Origin: a virus
Lineage: Duplodnaviria; Caudoviricetes
IMG/VR virus record: IMGVR_UViG_3300044961_000667
Direction: 5' to 3' (one strand)
DNA length: 64,000 nt
In this document: in pieces, positions 32,829-42,013 of the stretch
Layout of the letters: each line of letters begins with the position of its first letter
How positions within the stretch are numbered: the stretch's first letter is position 1
The notes under the pieces: generated by a model
What the model saw: the letters and a program-made list of their open reading frames with translations, nothing else
Database searches by the model: none
What the model was told of the DNA's origin: nothing
Program-made: the position numbers and the translations under genes

Positions 32829-34340
32829 TTAGAAGGACTCGTACAGGAAGTCGATCCGATCGGTCGCCGCCAACTGGAAGCCAGCGACGGAACCATTCCA
32901 GCGCAACGTGTCTCCGGCGACGATGGCCGACATCGCACGCGCCGTCGTTCCTCCATCTCCAGAAAAATAGCAGTCCACCGACACCTTCGTGCCGTCGCCG
33001 ACGAGGTAGTGAACACCGTTCACGCGCACTCCAACGTACCCGCCGAGGGCGTTCGCGCTGGCCACGGTGGTGGCGGTCGCCTGATCGCCATCCGACGTCG
33101 TGACGCTCGCGGTGAGGGACTTGTTCGCCGTCACCTGCCGCGGAACGCGGTGGACGTGGTCCGACCGAACGAACGTCGTCGCAGCGCCAGCAGCGTTCGC
33201 ACTGCCGACATCAACGGGCGCCGCCACTGACACCGCGTGCTGATGATCGGACCGAGCGAGCGAAGTGGCCGTCCCTTCGGCAGCCGTATTCCCAGCGGCC
33301 ACCGCACCAGCCGCCGGAGCCGCCGTCGAAACGTCGTGCTTGTGGTCCGCTCGGGCCACAGTGGTAGCAGCACCCGCCGAGGCCGCTGACTTGGTGACAT
33401 CCGCCGGAGCCGCGGGCGCAGGAAGCGCATGCGTGTGATCCGAACGAGCGAGCGACGTCGCAGAGCCAGCAGCCGACGCATCGCCGACTGCGATCGTACC
33501 AGCAGCAGCCGTCGTGACTGAGTGCTTGTGATCGCCGCGAGGAATCGTCTCCGCGGTGCCCGCCGAAGCTGCAGCCGCGTCGATGGCAGTGAGGCCGCCT
33601 GCCAGCGTGTAGTTGATGCTGATGTCGTTCGGGTTCGCCGACAGACCGGCGGAGCCCGCTGCGATCACCACGTCGATGGTGCTGCCAGTCTTCGTCAGAC
33701 CGTTGCCAGCAGTGACCGTACCGCCGCCGGAGAACTGCGCAAACGTCAACGCCGTCGTGTTGAGAGTGATCGGATTGTCGGTCGACAACACCCATCCCGA
33801 ATCACCGTTGGTCGCGCCCTCCTCAATGAACACAAAGAGACCTGCCGTCACCTTCGCCGAAGTGTCAGCGTCAGTGGTGCGCGTCAGCGTGAAGGGAGCG
33901 CCAGCGTTACCAACCTGCGAGACGAAGTAGAGGCCGTTGTTGGCACCAGTCGCCTCGTCCTTGACCAGGATGCGGTCGTTCAGCGCGAGCGTGATGCCGT
34001 CCTGGGCCGCCAGCGCACCGTTCGCCGTGGCCGTGAGAACGTTGCCAGAACGAGTATTCGAGGGCAGCGGCCCAGTGGTGGCAACACGCATCGACTGCTT
34101 GACGTCGAGCCCCTGCGCAATCGCATCGACGTAGTTCTTCGTCGCCGCATCGGACGGGTTCGACGGGTCGACGAGGCCGGTGATCTTGAAGTTGTTGACG
34201 TTCCAATCCGCGGTGAGCGGGTTGGTGCCAGCCGCCACGAGAACGCTGGAGTCGACCTTGGCCGACGTGACCGCGTTGGGAGCGATCTTCGCCGTCGAGA
34301 TGGTGTTGTCGGCAAGCTGCTTACCCTGAATCTGCGCCAT
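32829..34340 (-). CDS. Tail fibre protein with (L/A)ARSDHxH repeats
   Basis: DAATKNYVD, DVKQSMRVAT, five R.DH.H metal-binding fibre repeats. Confidence 0.75.
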   Translation of the reverse strand: MAQIQGKQLADNTISTAKIAPNAVTSAKVDSSVLVAAGTNPLTADWNVNNFKITGLVDPSNPSDAATKNYVDAIAQGLDVKQSMRVATTGPLPSNTRSGNVLTATANGALAAQDGITLALNDRILVKDEATGANNGLYFVSQVGNAGAPFTLTRTTDADTSAKVTAGLFVFIEEGATNGDSGWVLSTDNPITLNTTALTFAQFSGGGTVTAGNGLTKTGSTIDVVIAAGSAGLSANPNDISINYTLAGGLTAIDAAAASAGTAETIPRGDHKHSVTTAAAGTIAVGDASAAGSATSLARSDHTHALPAPAAPADVTKSAASAGAATTVARADHKHDVSTAAPAAGAVAAGNTAAEGTATSLARSDHQHAVSVAAPVDVGSANAAGAATTFVRSDHVHRVPRQVTANKSLTASVTTSDGDQATATTVASANALGGYVGVRVNGVHYLVGDGTKVSVDCYFSGDGGTTARAMSAIVAGDTLRWNGSVAGFQLAATDRIDFLYESF

Positions 34341-34352
34341 TGCTGCAACCTC

Positions 34353-34880
34353 CTAGAGAGCTTCGTACTCGAAGTCGATTCTGTCGCTGCCATCCAACTG
34401 GAAGCCAGCCACCGAGCCGTTCCAGTACAGGAAGTCACCGGCAACAATCGTCCCGGTGGCTCTCGCGGTCACACCGCCGTCACCACTGAAATAGCACGGA
34501 ACCCCAGACTTGGTCCCATTCCCGACTTGGTACTCGACGCCATTCACTGAAACCGAAACCCACGACTTCAGAGGCGGAGTGCCAAGCATCGCAGTGACGC
34601 ACGCCAAGCTGTTGTCTGCACCGGTCGCCAACGCCGGCATCCACTTGTTCAACGGCGTCGGCCCAGAGGCGATCAGCGCCGGAACCTTTCCCGCCGCGAA
34701 GTCTTGGTTCCACGAGCCAGGGTTCGAGCCGAAGATGACCTGCTTGAGCTGACTCAGCACGCCGTCCTGCATCTGGTCCTGATCGGCAGCCGTCGTCTCG
34801 ACCACAGCAATGGCGCCGGGGCTCAGCTGATCATTCAGCGAGTCTCCCTTCCGCACCTGGCTGAGTCGGACCTTCGTCAT
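34353..34880 (-). CDS. Fibre-associated protein sharing its C-terminal domain with 32829-34340
   Basis: VNGV.Y.VG.GTK…CYFSGDGG.TAR…WNGSVAGFQL…DRIDF.YE. Confidence 0.7.
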   Translation of the reverse strand: MTKVRLSQVRKGDSLNDQLSPGAIAVVETTAADQDQMQDGVLSQLKQVIFGSNPGSWNQDFAAGKVPALIASGPTPLNKWMPALATGADNSLACVTAMLGTPPLKSWVSVSVNGVEYQVGNGTKSGVPCYFSGDGGVTARATGTIVAGDFLYWNGSVAGFQLDGSDRIDFEYEAL

Positions 34881-35143
34881 CAGCTCACCCTCACGTAGTC
34901 GATGAGCAGGACATCTCCCGAGAGCGGCGGCACGAGGAGGGTGATCGACTGAAGTCCGACGTTCTCAATGTAGTCGGCGCTCGGTCCCTCTTCCTGGCGA
35001 ACGCCGTTCCGAAAGAGCTTCGTTGAGCCCGTCTTGAACTGGAAGAACGTCGTGAACGTCACGTTCACACCGTTGACGAGGCCGCCGGGGACCTCGTTGT
35101 GCACCGGCTCCTGAAGGAGACCAAAGCGAACCTCTACAGCCAT
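34880..35143 (-). CDS. Small structural protein
   Basis: NEVPGGLVNGVNVTFT…LFRNGVRQ…GDVLLIDY. Confidence 0.65.
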   Translation of the reverse strand: MAVEVRFGLLQEPVHNEVPGGLVNGVNVTFTTFFQFKTGSTKLFRNGVRQEEGPSADYIENVGLQSITLLVPPLSGDVLLIDYVRVS

Positions 35144-35149
35144 GGCGGC

Positions 35150-35452
35150 TCACCCCTTCAGTTCACGGTTGAGCAGCTCGGCGAGTCGCTTCCGGCGCTC
35201 GGCACCGTTCTCGATCTTCTTCACCTCTTCGAGTTGAGCCTTCTTCTCGACGGACTCCGTCTGCGCCTTCGCCTTCTCCAACATGGCCTGCGTGTCCGCG
35301 TCTCGGATGGCGTCCTTCGCCTTCTCGATCGCGAGATCGACACCGCGTCCACGCGGCCCGAGCACCAGCTTCAGGATGAAGCCGAGCAGGACGATGGCAA
35401 TCAAAGCCACCATCCACCACCACTTCTTCAGCGTGGCGAGCCAGGCTTCCAT
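35150..35452 (-). CDS. N-terminal TM + coiled-coil protein (i-spanin-like?)
   Basis: WWWMVALIAIVLLGFILKLVL then charged helix. Confidence 0.6.
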   Translation of the reverse strand: MEAWLATLKKWWWMVALIAIVLLGFILKLVLGPRGRGVDLAIEKAKDAIRDADTQAMLEKAKAQTESVEKKAQLEEVKKIENGAERRKRLAELLNRELKG

Positions 35453-35456
35453 CGGA

Positions 35457-35819
35457 TCACCAGGCCCAGACCCTGACGGTGGCCGCGCCACCGTTCTGCT
35501 TGAAGTAGATCTCCTTCTCGCGCATGCCCACGAAGGAGAGCAGCCCGTCGGTCGACTTGATCGTGCCGTGCACCGTCGTCCCGTCGAAGCTGTAGTCGGC
35601 GTTGCCCGAGTCAGCGCGCATCATCACGCCCTGGCTCTTCGTCAGCTTCGTCCCCTGGACCGTCCCGTCGAACGGATCCGTCTCGGCAGGGTTGATCGTC
35701 GGGTCGACGAACGGAACGTACGAGTTCGCGTCGGTCTTGCTGAAGGCCACGGGCGTCGTCAAGGTCTTGAAGACCCGGAGCGACTTGTGGCCCTGGCTCT
35801 GCGGGGTGGCAACGGTCAT
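35457..35819 (-). CDS. Hypothetical structural protein
   Basis: 120 aa, GGAG RBS. Confidence 0.65.
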   Translation of the reverse strand: MTVATPQSQGHKSLRVFKTLTTPVAFSKTDANSYVPFVDPTINPAETDPFDGTVQGTKLTKSQGVMMRADSGNADYSFDGTTVHGTIKSTDGLLSFVGMREKEIYFKQNGGAATVRVWAW

Positions 35820-35836
35820 TCTCTATCTCCGGCTCA

Positions 35837-36025
35837 TCAGCTGTTTCGCTGAACGTACTCTCCAAACGCCTTCGCGACGACCTCAGAGACCGAAATCTTC
35901 TTCGACTGAGCGTGCTTTTCCAACACCTCGAACGCCTTCTGGGGCACCAGAACTACCACGAAGCCGTCCTGCCGAGCCAGACTGTCGAGGGACACCGGAG
36001 CTGGCACTTCAGTCGCCTTGGCCAT
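35837..36025 (-). CDS. Ribbon-helix-helix (CopG/Arc-like) DNA-binding protein
   Basis: FVVVLVPQKAFEVLEKHAQSKKISVSEVVAKAFGEYV. Confidence 0.6.
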   Translation of the reverse strand: MAKATEVPAPVSLDSLARQDGFVVVLVPQKAFEVLEKHAQSKKISVSEVVAKAFGEYVQRNS

Positions 36026-36028
36026 CGA

Positions 36029-36706
36029 TCACCTGCTCAGTTTCTTGGCTCCATAGGTGCTGGCAGTGGTCGCCAGCCCAGCCCGACCCACGAACTTGAC
36101 GCGACCGCCGACCTGCACGGTCTCCATGAACGAAAGCCCCAGCTCGACCAGCCGAGGCGTCCCGTCAGGGAACCACATGCGGTAACCCACGTCGCACTTC
36201 GTCATCACGCACTCCATCGACGGCAGCTTTCCTGGACCCAGGATCGTGTTCGGCAAGTAGAGCAACAGCTTGCTGGGCGGATTCACCCGAATCTCGTTGT
36301 CCGAGTAGCCGGGGTACAGGTGCTGCCGGAACCACGCCACGGCCGCGTTGAGATCGACGTTCCGCGTCAGGTGGTCCTCGCGGTACTGCACGTCCGACGG
36401 AGCAGCATTCACTCCGCCCTGCGACGGATCTGCCTGGTGGTCTCGACTGAAGACCGCGGTGAAGCTCAGCTCGCGAGCACCACCAGCAATCCACTGCAGC
36501 AGCGGATGCGAGCCGCCAGGGATCTGCTTCTGGTTGTACTCAACGCCCTTCGTGTCATCGATCGTCTCAGGCCAGTACTGGAACTCGCGCCCATCCCCGG
36601 CCACGACGTTGTCGGTGAGGTCCATCGGGTACAAGACAGCCTTGGCGGTCTTCCCCGTGAAGAACGATCCGGGAGTGATGCCTGCCAGGCTGCCGAGTCC
36701 CGCCAC
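36029..36706 (-). CDS. CIS tube-initiator-like baseplate protein
   Basis: FQYWPETI…IPGGSHPLLQWIAGGARELSFTAVF…PP…C.MTKCDV.Y..W..DG.PR. Confidence 0.75.
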   Translation of the reverse strand: MAGLGSLAGITPGSFFTGKTAKAVLYPMDLTDNVVAGDGREFQYWPETIDDTKGVEYNQKQIPGGSHPLLQWIAGGARELSFTAVFSRDHQADPSQGGVNAAPSDVQYREDHLTRNVDLNAAVAWFRQHLYPGYSDNEIRVNPPSKLLLYLPNTILGPGKLPSMECVMTKCDVGYRMWFPDGTPRLVELGLSFMETVQVGGRVKFVGRAGLATTASTYGAKKLSR

Positions 36707-36720
36707 TGCTCACCTCTCGT

Positions 36721-36732
36721 GCAATCGATTGC
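36721..36732. promoter_or_regulatory. GCAATCGATTGC palindrome copy 5
   Basis: 14 nt upstream of start 36706. Confidence 0.7.
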
Positions 36733-36919
36733 GCCCTACCGCCAGCCCTGAAGCAACTCGTCGAGATCGACCCATTCGCTGGACTGCTCGGGTCGCCTCT
36801 CAGAGCCTACCTCTTGCCAGAAGGACTTGGTGAGGCGCTCGCGACGAGAGTCGCCCTTCTGAGTGTCTCCGCGAGGGGCCGCCCAGCCTCCCCAGGGGAT
36901 GCTGGAGCCTTCCGCCTGC

Positions 36920-37159
36920 TCAGTTGGGGTGCGAGGCCGCCCAGGCATCGAGAACCTCCTGCGTCCACACGACGCCGGCCACGGCGATGACACGAGCCGC
37001 CTGTCCGTCCAGCGACGAGCCAGGAATCAGCGTATCGACCGCGGTGGATCGAGCGACCTCGTTGCCGTCCTTCATCACCGCCGTGACGGTGAAGACCCGG
37101 ATCACGCCTTCGATCATGACTTCGATCTTCTCGACAAAAACCTGCTCGGTGAGCGCCAT
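36920..37159 (-). CDS. Small fibre-associated protein
   Basis: MALTEQVFVEKIEV…EVARS…RVIAVAGVVWTQEV, typical of ORFs following fibre genes. Confidence 0.7.
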   Translation of the reverse strand: MALTEQVFVEKIEVMIEGVIRVFTVTAVMKDGNEVARSTAVDTLIPGSSLDGQAARVIAVAGVVWTQEVLDAWAASHPN

Positions 37160-37174
37160 TCTTCCTCCAGAAAA

Positions 37175-39088
37175 TCAGAAACTGCCGAGCGCGATCCGCT
37201 CGACGATGTAGTGCCACCGCACCGCGATCATGTCCATCGTGCCCGTGTTCACACGGACATCGAAGTAGAACTGAGGGCTGCCTCCGGTGCGGTAGTAGAA
37301 CACGTCCTCGAAGGAGATCCGGTAGTTCTCGCCCACCACGAAGGACGAGCCGTACGGGTCCAGGTTGTGCGTCTGCAGCGTGTGGTACGACACGGTGCCG
37401 CCCTGCAACGTGATGGTCAGGAACTGCGGAGTCCCCGTGATCGCGTTCACCTGGAAGTTGAGGAACCCGCGAGCACGGTACAGCCCGTAGTTCGTGGCCG
37501 GCGTGACGGACAGGTACCACGTGTTCGTGGCCATCCCGACCCGGAAGATCGTGCCGAACGCTGGAGCGTAGGTCGCGATGGTGTTCGTCGTGAAGCGAAC
37601 ACCAGAAGTGCCGATGCCGGAAAGCGACGAGGTTCCCTCGAACGCCGCCGAGTGGATGCCGACCTGGCCCAGCGCAGTGCCGAGATCGTTCAGCGCCCCC
37701 TGCACGTTGGTCGAAACGATCGGCGCGGTGGCAACGTTCGAGATGGCCGATGCGGCATGCGCGCCGGACCCGTTGTTCAGGTGGTTGTTGTGGTGCGTCA
37801 GCAGCTGACCAATTTGGTCCCTCACTGAAGATGCCGTCAACGCATCAGGAGCGCCCGCGGCTGCCTGGGCTCCGATCTTGCCAGCTCCGTCGCCAGTCGC
37901 CCCCGCTGCGTTCGCCGCAAGTTGCGAGACGATCGTGTCGAGACCCGATTCGATCGTCCCAGCAGGGACAACCGCAGTGTCGAACCACGCGCCCGAGCCG
38001 CCGTACGAGGCCCCGGTCGCGCTGTGGGTGTGCATGTTGTCGGCGTTCGCCGATGGCCCACCGAACACCACCGACTGCGCCAGGGCATCCTGGGCACGAG
38101 TCGAGAACTCGACGTCATCGACGTACAGCACGCCGGCGCAGTTGCCGAACGAGACGTCGAGCCTGGCGTGAGCACACCCGACGGGCGCGGTGACATGGGC
38201 CTTCCGCTCGACGTACGTCGTGCCACCACCGGTGAACGCGACATCGATGTCGATGGTCGACCCGACGATCACGAAGCTCTTGTCGAAGAACGTGACTCGC
38301 AGCTGAGCACCAGTGCCGCCAGAGATCGGACTCGCACCCGTGCTGCGCATCCACGCACCGACGCGGTACTCCTGGCCAGGCACCGCGGGCATGACCGTGC
38401 TGTTGGCCTGCAGCGTCACCGCGCCGGCAGCCGACAGCTTCATCGACTTCGTGCCAGTTCTCGCGTTGTCCGTCGACGCCGTCAGAACGAGCCCGCCGCC
38501 CGTGCTGACCCACCCGGCCACGGCACCGGCGTTGTCGTCCGACTCGAAACCCGAGTTGAACACCAGGTTGTTCCGCGGCTTCGCCAACGTCTGAATCGCA
38601 TCGCCTGCCGCGTTTCGATGCGCGGAGCTGATGTTGATCGCCGGGATTGGCCCGGCAGCCGGGACCAGAACCCTGGCCAGCACGATCAAGTCCGGGTTCG
38701 ACACCAGCTCGGCGTCATCGACGACTCGGAACTGCGCCGCAGTAGCCGCGCCGATCGTGTACTGCGCGTCGAGGCACACGTTCACGTAGGCCGGCAGGCC
38801 AGGCACCGTGGCGAGATTGATCGAGAAGTCGTTCTCCGTGACGAACGTGAGCGCGTACTTCCCGCCGGTGTTCTCGTTCACCACCGCCACGCTGGCGCTG
38901 AGCGTCGGGTCCCGAACGATGTCGATCCACAGCCCCAGCGCCGCGCCAGGGACCACGGTGAACCCCGCGTACACGCCCTTGGGGTTCGTGACGTACGCCT
39001 TCTTGTTGAGCGCACCCGAGGTGTAGGGCTCCTGCCAGCGCACCTTCACCTGGTCGTTGCTGATCGTCTGGCTGATGTGAACCGTCAT
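37175..39088 (-). CDS. Baseplate-attached tail fibre with CBM4/9-like domain
   Basis: NLVFNSGFE…GW…ARTG.KSM…PGQEYRVGAWMR…LYVDDVEF. Confidence 0.75.
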   Translation of the reverse strand: MTVHISQTISNDQVKVRWQEPYTSGALNKKAYVTNPKGVYAGFTVVPGAALGLWIDIVRDPTLSASVAVVNENTGGKYALTFVTENDFSINLATVPGLPAYVNVCLDAQYTIGAATAAQFRVVDDAELVSNPDLIVLARVLVPAAGPIPAINISSAHRNAAGDAIQTLAKPRNNLVFNSGFESDDNAGAVAGWVSTGGGLVLTASTDNARTGTKSMKLSAAGAVTLQANSTVMPAVPGQEYRVGAWMRSTGASPISGGTGAQLRVTFFDKSFVIVGSTIDIDVAFTGGGTTYVERKAHVTAPVGCAHARLDVSFGNCAGVLYVDDVEFSTRAQDALAQSVVFGGPSANADNMHTHSATGASYGGSGAWFDTAVVPAGTIESGLDTIVSQLAANAAGATGDGAGKIGAQAAAGAPDALTASSVRDQIGQLLTHHNNHLNNGSGAHAASAISNVATAPIVSTNVQGALNDLGTALGQVGIHSAAFEGTSSLSGIGTSGVRFTTNTIATYAPAFGTIFRVGMATNTWYLSVTPATNYGLYRARGFLNFQVNAITGTPQFLTITLQGGTVSYHTLQTHNLDPYGSSFVVGENYRISFEDVFYYRTGGSPQFYFDVRVNTGTMDMIAVRWHYIVERIALGSF

Positions 39089-39110
39089 CGAACCCTCCGC
39101 CGGCGGCGGC

Positions 39111-39779
39111 TTAGAACTGGTACTTCAGAACGTTGCTCAGCGTCTTGGCTGGCGTCTTGATCTCTTCCGGGAACGTCCCGTAGCACAGCATGACGTTGTT
39201 GTTGTCGAACACGGCGATCTCGAAGAACTCGGGCGGGTTCGCCAACTGATCAGCGTTCGCCTCGGTGAAGTCGACCAGGGTGTTGATGATCGTTCTCGCA
39301 GTCCCCACGCCCTCGAACAGAACGTCGGCGCCCGTGAAGGTCTTCTTGAAGACCAGGAACGGCTCGTCGGCCTTCGACGCTGCCTCAGGACCAGGACTCG
39401 TGACGCCGGCGAACGGCGCCGACAGCGTCAGCGTCAGGTTGTCGGTGACTCCCAGCACTTGGTACCACAGGCCATCGACCGGGCCGTCTGGGCGAATCCA
39501 CTTGCCCGTGGCCAACTCCGACGTGAACAGCGTTCCGCTGCCAGTCACCGTCGCGCTGCCGTTGGTGAACGTCAGAGTTCCCGTCAGCGACACGCCCTGC
39601 GCTTCCAGTCGCGTGCGGGACGGGAGCGGCGTCTTCGGCGTCTTCACCCCGCCAGAGACGATGTACCCGCCCTCGCCGATCAGGAAGTAGCTCGCCACCG
39701 AGGTGATCAGTCCCGCGGTCGCCTTGGCGAACTGATCGCGCCCCACGTTGGTCGGCACAGCGGAAATGACGTTGGCCAT
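39111..39779 (-). CDS. Tail-collar/fibre anchor protein
   Basis: TNVGR…F.IGEGG…EIAVFD…MLCYGTFP…KT. Confidence 0.7.
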   Translation of the reverse strand: MANVISAVPTNVGRDQFAKATAGLITSVASYFLIGEGGYIVSGGVKTPKTPLPSRTRLEAQGVSLTGTLTFTNGSATVTGSGTLFTSELATGKWIRPDGPVDGLWYQVLGVTDNLTLTLSAPFAGVTSPGPEAASKADEPFLVFKKTFTGADVLFEGVGTARTIINTLVDFTEANADQLANPPEFFEIAVFDNNNVMLCYGTFPEEIKTPAKTLSNVLKYQF

Positions 39780-39833
39780 CTAAGTCTCCGTGGATGCGTG
39801 CGTGAGAGTACCACTCACAACCAGCAGCTACCA

Positions 39834-41456
39834 CTAAGGAAGCTCGGTCGCCTCTCCCGTGACTGCGAGCGGCCCATCCGTCGGCAGATCGTCAGCGGCC
39901 TCAAAGTCGAAGTAGTGGCCGCCGTTGATGAACGACGCGAGGGTGGCGGTGTTCTCGATGGTGACCGACAGGTTCAACGTCACCAACAGGTTGACGCGGA
40001 AGGCCAGACGCACCAGTTCGACGTGAATCGGCTTCACCTCGCCGTACCGCTCGATGATGCGATCGACGGTGGTGCTCGTTTCCTGCGTGATCGTCCGCGG
40101 GGTGATCGCCACGAAGAGCTTCGACGTCTTGCAGAAGTCGCAGTTCTCGACCAGGTGGCACGGAGGCTCAAGAACTGCCGCTCCCGCGACTGGCGACGTT
40201 CCGTTCACGAACGGATTCCACCCGAACACACCGGGGGTCACCGTCGTTTCGAGCTGGAACCTGTCTTCACCGCACACGAGGATCCACCCCGTGAGGATGA
40301 TGTCGGTGTTGCCAGTCAGCGTCACCGTGGACGACGTGAAGCCCGAAACAGTCGTCGGGTACGTCACCAGCAACAGCTCGTCGCCACAGTAGATGTCCGT
40401 CGGTTCGACGTCTGAAGGCACTTCGTCGTAGCTCAGAAAGCGCGGGGCCACCGAAGTCAGCCACACACCAGAGCCAACGCTCGGGTACTCGAACAGCTCC
40501 CCGTGAGTCGCGAGGTACGACGGGTCGTACTTGGTCACGTCGACATGCCACAACGGCAGCACCGTCGTGTCGTACCCGTAGATCTTGCCGATGACGTCGT
40601 AGCCCTTGATCGTCCCCTTCAACGGGATGAACTGGGTCACATTGGCGATGGCTGACCGCGAGACCGCCTCATCGTCTCGATCGTCGATGCTGATGCCGAA
40701 GTCCGAGCCAAGCCCGACCGCCATGGTCGTGTCTCGAATCTGGATCCAGCTCAGCTGCTCGATCTGGGTCGAGTCGAGGATGATGTAGTCGGCTCGGACC
40801 GGCGTTTGGCCCTCGATGACTCGCAGGGAAACAACGATCCGGGTGTCGAGGGTGGTGAAGGATGCCGGCTCAGGCAGTTCGCTCGCGAGCGGGGCGGTGA
40901 AGCGGCTGACGTAGGTGACGACACCTCGATCGACAACAACCAGCCCAGCACCATCGTCGGTCGTCACCGTTGGACCAATCCACGCATCGGCCATCGTCAA
41001 AGACGTGTCCGACACGATGGTCGCCACTCGACTCCGCGGGCTGGCAACATCGGGGGAAATCGCCAGTCCTTGAATCAGCTCCTGGGTGAAGGCCGTCCCG
41101 ACCCCCGTGACGACGTTCGAGCCGTTCGTGAACGTCATCTGCCCGCTCAACTTCCGACTCACCGTCAGGATCTGGTCGTCGACCTTGGCCTGCCCGAAGG
41201 TCGACGGGATGAACCCGAACGGGACAACCAGCGGATCGCGCAGGTCAAGGAAGTCGTCGTTCTTGGTGCGAACGCCCTCGACCACCTCGCGACACACCTC
41301 CAGGAACGTCTGCAGCGGCCTGGCCGCCTGCTCGTTGTCTCTGGAGATGTGCACCTCGGGCACGACATCGGTGAGCACCCTCTTCGCCCACTCGACGTGG
41401 CCAAAGGGGAAGTGTCCGAAGAAGCCGTGGCCGAAGCCGGTGTTGTTCCCAGGCAC
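39834..41456 (-). CDS. Baseplate wedge protein (P2 gpI-like)
   Basis: PLQTFL…IPLKGTIKGY…VKPIHV; follows gpJ-like gene. Confidence 0.7.
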   Translation of the reverse strand: MPGNNTGFGHGFFGHFPFGHVEWAKRVLTDVVPEVHISRDNEQAARPLQTFLEVCREVVEGVRTKNDDFLDLRDPLVVPFGFIPSTFGQAKVDDQILTVSRKLSGQMTFTNGSNVVTGVGTAFTQELIQGLAISPDVASPRSRVATIVSDTSLTMADAWIGPTVTTDDGAGLVVVDRGVVTYVSRFTAPLASELPEPASFTTLDTRIVVSLRVIEGQTPVRADYIILDSTQIEQLSWIQIRDTTMAVGLGSDFGISIDDRDDEAVSRSAIANVTQFIPLKGTIKGYDVIGKIYGYDTTVLPLWHVDVTKYDPSYLATHGELFEYPSVGSGVWLTSVAPRFLSYDEVPSDVEPTDIYCGDELLLVTYPTTVSGFTSSTVTLTGNTDIILTGWILVCGEDRFQLETTVTPGVFGWNPFVNGTSPVAGAAVLEPPCHLVENCDFCKTSKLFVAITPRTITQETSTTVDRIIERYGEVKPIHVELVRLAFRVNLLVTLNLSVTIENTATLASFINGGHYFDFEAADDLPTDGPLAVTGEATELP

Positions 41457-41464
41457 TGCTCACC

Positions 41465-42004
41465 TCACACGATGATGGTGCTGTGTCCGAGACCCATGGT
41501 GGGCAAGAGCGAGCCGCCGCCGGTGACTGCCACGCGACCACCAGACTCGATCAACGTGAAACTGTCGCCATCGAAGAGCACCATGCCGTTGCGGAAGTAC
41601 AGCCGGTCATCCACGCGCTGACAGATCACCAACGCCGTGTCCTTCACGGACAACGGGAGCGGAGGAGTCACCGCGGTCGCCGGAACGGTCGTGTTCACCT
41701 CGATGCCTCGCGGCAGAACCACCGTCATCGCCTGCCCATCGAGCAGAGTGAGCGTTCCCGGCGAGACGAACCACGCAAAGGCGTTCTGCAGCGAGAACAA
41801 GCGGATCGCGTTGCTCCACGACATGATGCCCGACGCCTTGTTGAAGGTCATCGTGCCGCCGCCCTGCAGAAGCAGGTTGCGGTCCTCTCGCGCCGCGTAG
41901 TGCTTCGCGTCGATGTCGGCCATCAACGTCTTCCACTGATCCCACCAGTCGGTGTCGTTCTCCGACGGGTACGGGATCTTGGTGCGGTCAGTCTCAAGAG
42001 GCAT
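41465..42004 (-). CDS. Baseplate-associated hypothetical protein
   Basis: 179 aa, RBS, between wedge genes. Confidence 0.65.
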   Translation of the reverse strand: MPLETDRTKIPYPSENDTDWWDQWKTLMADIDAKHYAAREDRNLLLQGGGTMTFNKASGIMSWSNAIRLFSLQNAFAWFVSPGTLTLLDGQAMTVVLPRGIEVNTTVPATAVTPPLPLSVKDTALVICQRVDDRLYFRNGMVLFDGDSFTLIESGGRVAVTGGGSLLPTMGLGHSTIIV

Positions 42005-42013
42005 CGTTCACTC

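Noticed and set aside
32829-34880. Diversity-generating retroelement template/variable repeat pair
   Set aside because: Differences are not adenine-specific, both copies are coding, and no reverse transcriptase is present
36736-36993. 85-aa ORF in the gap before the tube-initiator gene
   Set aside because: No RBS, overlaps the upstream gene out of frame, no recognisable features
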